Assembly (NCBI GenBank): GCA_964016885.1
Contig: OZ024740.1
Coordinates: 414,532,001 to 414,596,000, forward strand
Direction of reading: 5' to 3'
DNA length: 64,000 nucleotides
From: Eledone cirrhosa
Lineage: Eukaryota
Position numbers and translations under genes: made by a program
Part shown: piece by piece, positions 52,480 through 64,000 of the stretch
Numbering within the stretch: the first letter of the stretch is position 1
Layout: every line of letters begins with the position of its first letter
The notes under the pieces: generated by a model
Database searches by the model: none
Told to the model about the DNA's origin: nothing
What the model saw: the letters and a program-made list of their open reading frames with translations, nothing else

Positions 52480-53720
52480 ACAATATAAAGAAATGAATGA
52501 GGAAATTGGAAAAGAGTATTACAGAATTAATATGAAAAACTGAAATGAGTGTCAGAATTAAGATTGGCAATCCCAGCAGCTATAATACATTGGAAGTTAT
52601 GTCAACTAAAGAGTCTACATAGGAAAACTAGGAGACTAGTCTCTACATTCTGATCCTATCAACTTAAGGCTGATAGAGTTAAGATATATCTACACTGAAT
52701 ATTTTATGGGGTTGTAAAATGGTGGAGATGATCATGACAACATAACAAGGAGGCAGGACCGTGATACAGATATAGAACTATCATAAAATAACAACAGTGA
52801 GACTTGAAAATTACTTAGGAGCAAGCAAATGGAAGCTGATTACTGCAATAAGGGAACACAAAGAAAAAATTCTCTCGATATAAGGCAACAATGAAGTACA
52901 AACTAGAAACTAATTACAGTGAAGAAAAAGGTTTAGAGTAAATCAACAGAAAATGCATAAACAATACAGATGTTAAAATGAAATAAAAGTGATTAAAGAA
53001 TAAATGGAGAGAAATACCTCTCCATGGTCAATATCCTGTAAACTTTAACAGAGGGGAAGTGAGCCAATATCAAAGAGAACAATGCTTTAAAAGATCTGGT
53101 CGAAAGCTAGAAATCGAAGGTTGGCTTTTAACTGCATAAGATCAATGCCTATCTATGAAAAACTACAAAAATAAAATGAAACAAGAAGCTAACAGATTAT
53201 ACAATCTGCACAAAGCAACAATTAACCAGGATATGTATATCCACATATACAACTGAGTAAGCAGTTATGTCTATCAGGCAATATGCCAACACTTTGACAT
53301 AAAGACTCACAATAAGTGGTAGAGGCATTCACCAAATCAACTATGGGGTAATGAACTGACTATGATAATGCAGGAAACACCTGTCTCAATACTGACAAGG
53401 GAGATCAAAATAAACCACCCAGATATCATAATTAACTATACAATTGAAAATCCATGTACTCTGGTAGGCTTTCTCATCACATCTGACCAAAATATTGCAC
53501 AGGAAAATGTTTTTAAAAACATTCGTTCCAAGTACGATAACTTCAAAATATGCAAACGCGAGTATGAGTGTAAAAGAGTATCTCTAATAATTAATGTAGT
53601 GGGTATGATAATTAAAAACATAAACAAAAACATACAAGGCCTTGCAAGCTTACAAGCTGTTCAATAAATAAACCTATAGGCATAGCACACATCTTATTCA
53701 AAACACTTTCAATTTAGTAA
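52480..53720 (+). mobile_element. decayed restriction-like-endonuclease LINE (R4/Dong-like)
   Basis: KWREIPLHGQYP, LEIEGWLLTA.DQCL..KNY, HNKW.RH, EIKINHPDIII, GIAHIL fragments; many stops. Confidence 0.6.
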
Positions 53721-53929
53721 CACCAACTCACACAGTACACTCTCTGCACTGCCATCTCCCAATACTACAACATAATCACCTTACAATATGATTAAGTATC
53801 TTACACAACAGATATTCTAAACAGTCAATACTATAGATATTTTCCCAGTACTATCAAAACCTTAACAAATATATGAGAAGACATTAAAGACGGTATAGTA
53901 GGGGAAAAAGTTTATAATAGAAATTTTGA

Positions 53930-55360
53930 AAATAAACATTTAAAAAAACAAGCATAACAAATTCCCCAAAGGTGAGGAGACTCCAAGGGTTACGCATTGA
54001 GAAAACCCACAAGAGCCATGGTCACCCTCACTGCTAGGGCAATTGCTCACTTTCAGTCGTCCAACTTCAATACTATACGCACAGGCTCAGGGCAGGCCCA
54101 TTCACATGGACCATTCTTGCCTCTCCCACCCACATTTCAACAAACTGGATGGAAAGCAACCTTCCCTCTCCACCCTCATTTTCCTTTTCAGGTGAAACCT
54201 GAAAAAGTTAATGAGAGCCTCACTGAAGAGGAAAATGAGAGCCTCACTGAAGAGGAAAATGAGAGCCTCACTGAAGAGGAAAATGCCCATCTTCAACCCT
54301 TTCAGACGCACCCACCATACAACCTCTTTCACCATGACCACCAAGATGATAAAAATTGCCTATCCTTCTTGGTTAAAGGAGGGCAGTGGGGAAAACTTCA
54401 TGATGGACTCAGCTGATAGCTGGATCTCTCCTACACGTGACAGCAGATGTTCGACATAAGCGCACAAGTCAGCGATATTCGGACATTGGATGAGTGCATG
54501 CAGGACGGTTCCGTCACCCAACGCGCATCTCGGACAAGCCTGGCTGACAGCACTTCCATGCCTGTAAAATTTATCTTGAACTGGCAATGCTCCCTGGTAG
54601 CACTGCCAGGCTAGGGATTTCTGAAAGTTATCCATTGGCCCTGGTCTGAAGCCCCTCCGAAAGATAATAGCTAGTTGGCTTTTGTCATCACCCTGAGTTT
54701 CCACAAGGACAACATCACTCTTGCCCTCCACTACCCCTCTATAAAAAGCCAAGGTGGAATTTCCACCGATCACAATTCCCAATAGGTAGAGAGCGCTTGG
54801 AAACATTCCAGTTTCAAAGAACTTTCTCTTGGCCTTCGCTTGACGCAAGATTGCAGCTCCATCAAAGAGACGAGCTGGGGAAAAACGTGCCTAGTGAAAG
54901 GCAACCACACCTGTTCACCGTCTCAGAAAATCGGGAGATGTTGGAGTGCATCCCTTTCACAAAAAGTGAAAGAGTAAATGCTCCAACACAGTCAGGCGAG
55001 GCTTAGGACAAGGCACGACAGTCAGGCGGTAGTAGATGACGGACGCAATGTATGCATTCGGCACTTCTGCATGACCTCTCAAGGATAGCTTTCTCTTGGT
55101 ACATTTCTGGGTGAGAGAGACCACCCTGCTCATCATCTAATCCCAGTTTCTGTTCATCTGGAGATCTGGACCAAACTAGACCCCTAGCAATTTAACTGGT
55201 CCGTCCGTTCAGCACCTAACAACGCTGTTGGGTGGCATGGACCTGTCTCTCGAGGTGCCAATCGAGGGCTACCAATTTTTCCTGGTTAATTTTTGCTCCT
55301 GTCACCGCCTCATATTCTCTTAAAGTAGTGCCGATCACCTCAATGTGTATAAGATCACAC
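53930..55360 (-). mobile_element. L1/Tx1-group LINE 3' portion
   Basis: EYEAVTGAKINQEK, KLLGV.FGPDLQM, SLAWQCYQGALPV..CPRC..ETVLHALIQC-type CCHC finger. Confidence 0.75.
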
Positions 55361-56107
55361 ATCTAACTGCTGAGCAGCGAGATCTCTGTTTATACAAAAC
55401 ATATATAAATATCATCGGCTGTGATATTAAAAGTCAAGAGAGGAGAATATAGAAAGAAACTCACAGAAAAACACACACAAATGGGCTTCATTGCATTTTT
55501 AATCAACCAAATTCCCGCACAAGACATTGGCTGGCCTGAGGTTATGGTAGAAGACATTTACCCAAGATTCCATGCAGTTTAATAGAACCCAAGACCATGT
55601 GGTTGTGAAGTAAACTTCTTAACCACACTGATATACACACTTTAGAAAAATAATATCTGAATTTACACCAAATTTAGCCTTCAGCTCTTAGATATTATAA
55701 TATACATAATCAGGAATTGTAATGAATTCCCAGTAGAGAATAAGTCTATCAGAAGTCACTTTGTAAACAATTCCCTGGTTCTAAACAATCAATCGGTAAA
55801 ATTATCATTTAAACAATCTCTAGTGATCTATCTTTGCCAAAAGTTGTTTGATTTAAATCTAACACTTTCCAGTAAGGTGAATATAAAAATAATCAATCAG
55901 CAAGATGAGCTATTAAGTTATTTAATCCTTTCCTGATTAACAAAGTTTCTTAAAATCAGTGTTTAATTCTTGTTTATGGAGCTTTAACCTTTTTGATAGA
56001 CTGCTTCTAGTTCTAGGGTACAAAGCTGTCTGTTTTAATCGTGTTCTTAATCAAATTAAAATCTTTCATAGAAGTATCTTTTGTCAAGTTATGCTACAAA
56101 CACTGGC

Positions 56108-56325
56108 TTAACCCTTTAGCATTTAAACCGGTCATATCCGACCAGAATTCCCTGAACTCTTTCTGTTCAAAATTGGTTGTAATCTGTCACTCATACTGAT
56201 GTTAAGGTACTGTCCTCAAAATAAATAATATCAAAATCTCAGAGATTAGATATTTATGTGAGGTAAAGCCTTTATCATGAAAATATCATAGTATATATAG
56301 AGTAATGTAAATGCTAAAGGCTTAA
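56108..56325. mobile_element. piggyBac-type MITE
   Basis: TTAACCCTTTAGCATTT ... AAATGCTAAAGGCTTAA. Confidence 0.85.
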
Positions 56326-57299
56326 ATATTGAAGAAGTCATTCCTCCAAATTCACTCACATTCCCTTTAAGCACTTAAATATAAACTAAAAAGAAAAACA
56401 GCACACTCTTTTCAGAAACTACTTACATTTAAAACATATTTAATCTCTTCCTAGAAACATCTTCCCCCAGATCTACAGCCAGCTCATCTAAACAGACAAA
56501 ACCCACCTTAGTAATACTTTATAAGTTTGCAGTCCTTCACACCTTCCATAACTTCTATCACCATATCAACTCTCTGACCATGAACATACAACCACTAAAC
56601 CCTCCTGTTACTTTTCCCATCTTATTCTTTCTTTGTCCACCTTTCCTCCTATTCAATGTAACACTCACTGTTTGTCTGGTATATCAATATGCTAACTATA
56701 CTTATATAAAGTAAACATATAGATATTCCTACAAGGACCCAACCATGCTTTATATAGATGTCTGCCAGCATGAATGTGTGTGTGTGCCTGTATGTGAATG
56801 ATTATCTATGTATATATTGATATATTGATAATATACGCATATCTAGAAGAGAGAGTAACTTTCAAAATTCTTTTTTTTTTTAACAGCTATTTTCTAAGAA
56901 AAAAAAATGTTCGTACCAGAGTTGCCTCCCTTGATTTTTACTCTCTCATTCCCATTCCCACAATATATTTTACAAAATCTCATTCAACCATTTGTATGCA
57001 CATTCATCTGAAGATACGACTAACATCCATAATTTGCAGTTCTGCAGGCTTTGTTTTTTATGAAACCACTGGCTACAAATGGAATATTGTATTTACAAAT
57101 GATAATAAATAGGTATTAGCTCTGATTGCATATATAGAGTGCTCATCTTGATATTTTCACTATGAATATGCACACACACACACACAAACATATATATAGA
57201 TATATAGATATATATATATATATACACACACACACATACAGATGATGGTGATGGTAATGACTTTGATATAAAGATACCTAAAGGCCAGGTCTCCTCTGT

Positions 57300-58200
57300 C
57301 TGTTTTGTGTGCATGGTCACTAGTGACTTATGTGACCAATCCAAGAGCAGCAGATTCACCCATAGTGGCCAGAGGAAAACGTCTGTGTTGTGCTTGGCTC
57401 CACCCTGACACAGCTCTTCTGCTAGGCTCTCCTCTCTTCCAAGTTGACATGACAGTTTGCCTTAAACGTGCTGGTAGCCTGCTGGATGGTTTGGTGCCAA
57501 GCATTGCAATCAGTAGATTGGAGTGTCTACTGGTGGGGTCAATGTTACATATTTTAGGGTCCTTTTTAACATTTCCATGTACTGCTTCTTTGGTGAACCA
57601 CTGTTCTGACAGCTAGAAGACAATTTTCCATAGAGTAGGAACTTTGACATGCAATGGTCTGCTATTCTGACGGCATGTTCTGCCCAAAGCAACTGTGTCT
57701 TCAGAAGAATGGCTTCGTACTGGTGGTCTTGGCTTTCTTGAGAACTCCTGGGGGAATGCCAGTCTTCAGCAGCTTAATAGTTTGTATGGTTTCCTGGAGT
57801 TTTTCGGGGGTTGTCAACCTCATTTTTCACAGGTAGCTGTGGAACAAAATTAATTGCTGCATCATGGACAATGCAGTTGGCACTGAAGAGGCTTTGAAAG
57901 TGTTCAGATCAGTGAACCAGGATGTAGTCCCTATCACTTACCAAGACCCTTCCATCTGAGCTTCAGAGAGGGCACAGCGTCAAGTATGACGGACTGTAGG
58001 CTGATTTCAGGGCTTGATAGAACAAGCTATAATTCCCAGTGTCTGTATATGTCTGGATTTTCTATCCAAGACTGATTCACCACTTGTTTTCAATTTCCTG
58101 GGGTCTGTACTGGAGTTTAATACATGTGAGGTGAAAGGCTCCCCTCTTCTGAGAGCAGGAAGTGTTAGTTGAGAAAACCTGATATGCTGACCTCTGTTAC
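57300..58200 (-). mobile_element. decayed, internally deleted RTE (BovB-like) LINE
   Basis: FYQALKSAYSP..PL.SSDG, EHFQSLFS, LWAEHAVRIAD..KFLLYGKL..GSPKKQY..LKR. Confidence 0.65.
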
Positions 58201-58862
58201 ATAAGCTCGCTATATAGTCACTGACATACACATACAAATGCATATACACAAATACCAACAAAACTCAATAACCGATCAATAAAGAGAGATATAGTTACCT
58301 CAACTGCAATATCAATGTCTAAAGAACAGTGTAGATTGTTCTAGATTGAGTGCTTGCATTAGCTGCTGTTAGTGACACATATTTAGCCTTATCCCCAACA
58401 CCTTACTCTCCGCACACATACAGATACACATGCACACACAGATACACACATGAACATACTCACACACACATATCACATGTAGACAGTTTATGCATTTTTA
58501 CATATACAACACATGTACAAATACACAGCACATACACACACAACACATGTATACACAACATGAACACATGTACAAGCATGTATGTGCACACACACACATG
58601 TAAATACATAAGCATGCACATACACACAGCACATACAGTCACATATACACATTCGCACATAGGAACACACAGACATGCAGAGATAGACACAAACTTACAT
58701 AAATAATATAGAGAGAAAAGTAAAACTGATTTGCATCATATATATGCTGTGATGGATCTCTGTCAGTTGTGACGAGGAGTATTCCAGTTGTTCAAACAAC
58801 AGAGCAGCCTACTCATGACATTACTGTGCAAGTAGCTAAGCATTCCACAGGCATGTGAACCC

Positions 58863-59281
58863 TTAACCCTTTAGCATCGAAACCAGCCATATCCGGCCAG
58901 AATTGTCTTGCCTTTTACAGTTCAAATTGGCCATAGCTGGCCACTCATACTGATATTAAGGTATTGTTCTCAAATTAAATAATTGTTTCTACTGTTGGCA
59001 CAAGGCCAGCAATTATCCCAGTATATTACTGGTAATGTATTTTATCGACCCCGTAAAGATGAAGGGCAAAGTTAATCTCGGCGGGATTTGAACTCATACC
59101 GTAAAGGGTCGTAACTCTAAGCTGCAAAGCATTGCATCCTAACCTCTACCAATACTGCCAATCTACCGCCCTTTCTCAAATTAAATATCAAAATCTCATA
59201 TATTCGATATTGTGTGAGATAAAGTGTTTATAACGAAAATACAACAGTAAATATAGAATAATGTAAATGTTAAAGGGTTAA
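58863..59281. mobile_element. piggyBac-type MITE carrying a nested SINE A
   Basis: TTAA-flanked TIRs; interior interrupted at 58982-59172. Confidence 0.88.
58982..59172 (-). mobile_element. SINE family A nested in MITE
   Basis: 15-bp TSD TTCTCAAATTAAATA at 58967-58981 and 59173-59187. Confidence 0.9.
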
Positions 59282-60242
59282 TGCAGTTGAGGGAGATCCA
59301 GTGTAACACAATATGTGATAAGGCTAGTCTTTTAAATTACAGGTGCAACTAATTTCTTGTCAGCTGAGTGGAGCAACATGGAATATAGTATCTTCCTCAA
59401 GGACACAATTCAATGCCGAGAATTGAGATTACGCCCTTACAATTGTGAGCTGAGCACTCAAACCAAGCTATGCACAATGAATACACAGTGAATATATGTG
59501 CCACACATATACAAAGATGCATGTATATACACTTTCATTTATGTAAACATACAAACATGAATACAACTCAAAGATACACACCCCCACAAATGCACCCACA
59601 TATAAACATATGTATATCATCATCATCATCATCTTCATCATTTCCCATCTTAGCAGGATTGGACAAAATGTTTTGAGACAACCAACCGTTTTAGTTACCA
59701 CTTACAAAGATGTGGTGTGTCTATTCTAAAAACTAGAATATACATACATAAAGTATGTGTAAACATGAATATATAAACAATACTGAAAGATATACACTAA
59801 CACAAATGAACTCACATGAAAACTATGGACACAGCTGAGACACATTAACACATATGTACATATCTATATCCCACATATATGCCTTATATAAGAATGCTAA
59901 AGCTGACAATAGCTAAGAATTCAGAAAAGCTTGGAGTAGTATCCCATGCTAGCTTGGCCAAAGAATAATGTGTGAAAACCCAATATTTTTCATCATTTAA
60001 CCCTATTGAGGTTTATTGCTGATGTTGAAATCATTGGAAAAATATTAAACCTACCTTTTTATTACATAAATATGTGGTCAGTTACCCATTATAATTAAAT
60101 TATTTATTAATCTCTTTTTTCAATATCCAACAATGTTTTAAGAACATTTCTATGTAGTAAGGTAATTAATATAGGGTTAGCAAGTAAGAGTAAATACTAG
60201 GTTTCTGATGACAATAGCTAAGAATTCAAAAACATTCAGAGT

Positions 60243-60450
60243 TCCTTCAAAACTTCCATGCTTCCTGAAATTCGCCAACACTACACCTGATATTCCCCTT
60301 CCAGATACAAGGATGCACGTGTCTGTGTGTATATGATGACTCATACACTGTTCGCTTTCCTGACATTTGTACATTATTCTATGTACTATACATGCACCTT
60401 TGATGAGTTGTAGTGAGAGCACTGTACACAATTTTCATTATTATTATTAT
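60243..60450 (+). mobile_element. CR1-type LINE 3' tip
   Basis: Matches 29295-29493; (ATT)n tail. Confidence 0.85.
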
Positions 60451-61398
60451 TTGGCCACAAAATAATGTCAGATGATATCAAATATAGTTTTCCTAATCAC
60501 TTTATTTAACTCTAGTGTAGTTATTTCTCATGTTAAAAACTCACCTTTTCATTACATATTACATAAGCAGGCTATATATGTTCACATGACATATATGCAT
60601 GGAAAATATACCTTTTACATATGTATATTGTACATACAGAGATATACATAATTACATATACATGTTCACTGGATTATATATAGAGAACAGACAGACATAT
60701 ACATTCATGCAAGGAGATGATATTAAAAATCGAACACGCTACACATACAAAGTGAGACTCAAATTTAATCACTAACTCACACGCAACAAACATACACCAA
60801 ATGAGCTTTATGTGCGCCCCCCCACCCCACCCCCACCCACCCACGTGGCAGTTCTAACCGCACACAAACATGTATTTAGATATACATTCACGGTTCACAC
60901 AAGTATATACAAGACAGCAAAGTTTTAATATTTAAAAAAATGAGATATCATAACCACACACACACACCCACACTATGCTCAAACATAAACACACATGCAT
61001 ACAGGCATGTACATACTTACAAATACACACACAGACACGCTTGCACACACATGAACACACACACACACGTTTGCACACGCACACCCACACCCACGCGCGC
61101 ACACAAACATAGACGGAAGCGTACACCCACATGCCGTATTCTCATTTGCATGTCACTGTATACTTGTAGCTGGAGTAGAAATGAGTCTGATCACAACATG
61201 GCCAATGGATGAGATTTGCTTTGCTTTGCTTCATTTAGTTTCAGTGAAACTATTAGCATTGTCTTCGATTGGCAGAGAGAACAATTAAGAAAGGCATTAG
61301 TGGATTCCTGAACTGTGTGGAGTGAATCAGGTGTGTTGAATGACAGAGAGCAGAACAAAGGATCTCATTACAATGAAGCAGACAGAGAAGAAAGCAGT

Positions 61399-64000
<2,602 letters not shown>

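Noticed and set aside
54210-54285. CTGAAGAG-GAAA three times, resembling a hammerhead core
   Set aside because: A 24-bp tandem triplication inside the L1/Tx1 relic, with no stem II or stem I

Overview
AT-rich, repeat-saturated animal DNA. The SINE/MITE repertoire looks cephalopod (Octopus-like), which is an inference. I could not support any host-gene exon; almost all listed ORFs are translations of simple repeats or transposon fragments. Retroelements: two disrupted Penelope-like elements (PLEs; RT + C-terminal GIY-YIG), several RTE LINE fragments, one CR1-type, one L1/Tx1-type and one R4/Dong-type LINE relic, and tRNA-derived SINE families. DNA transposons: two mariner relics, piggyBac-type (TTAA) and hAT-type MITEs, and a non-autonomous Helitron. 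There are also many micro- and minisatellites. The main hidden signal is RNA structure. About ten hammerhead-ribozyme (HHR) motifs from at least six unrelated sequence families sit in PLE pseudo-LTRs and in short ORF-less fold-back elements lodged in (TA)n tracts, mostly within 20.0-29.9 kb. One family carries a compensated U3:A8 catalytic core in both pLTR copies, and several have unusually long stem II inserts. All folds were derived by eye, and none has been tested for activity.
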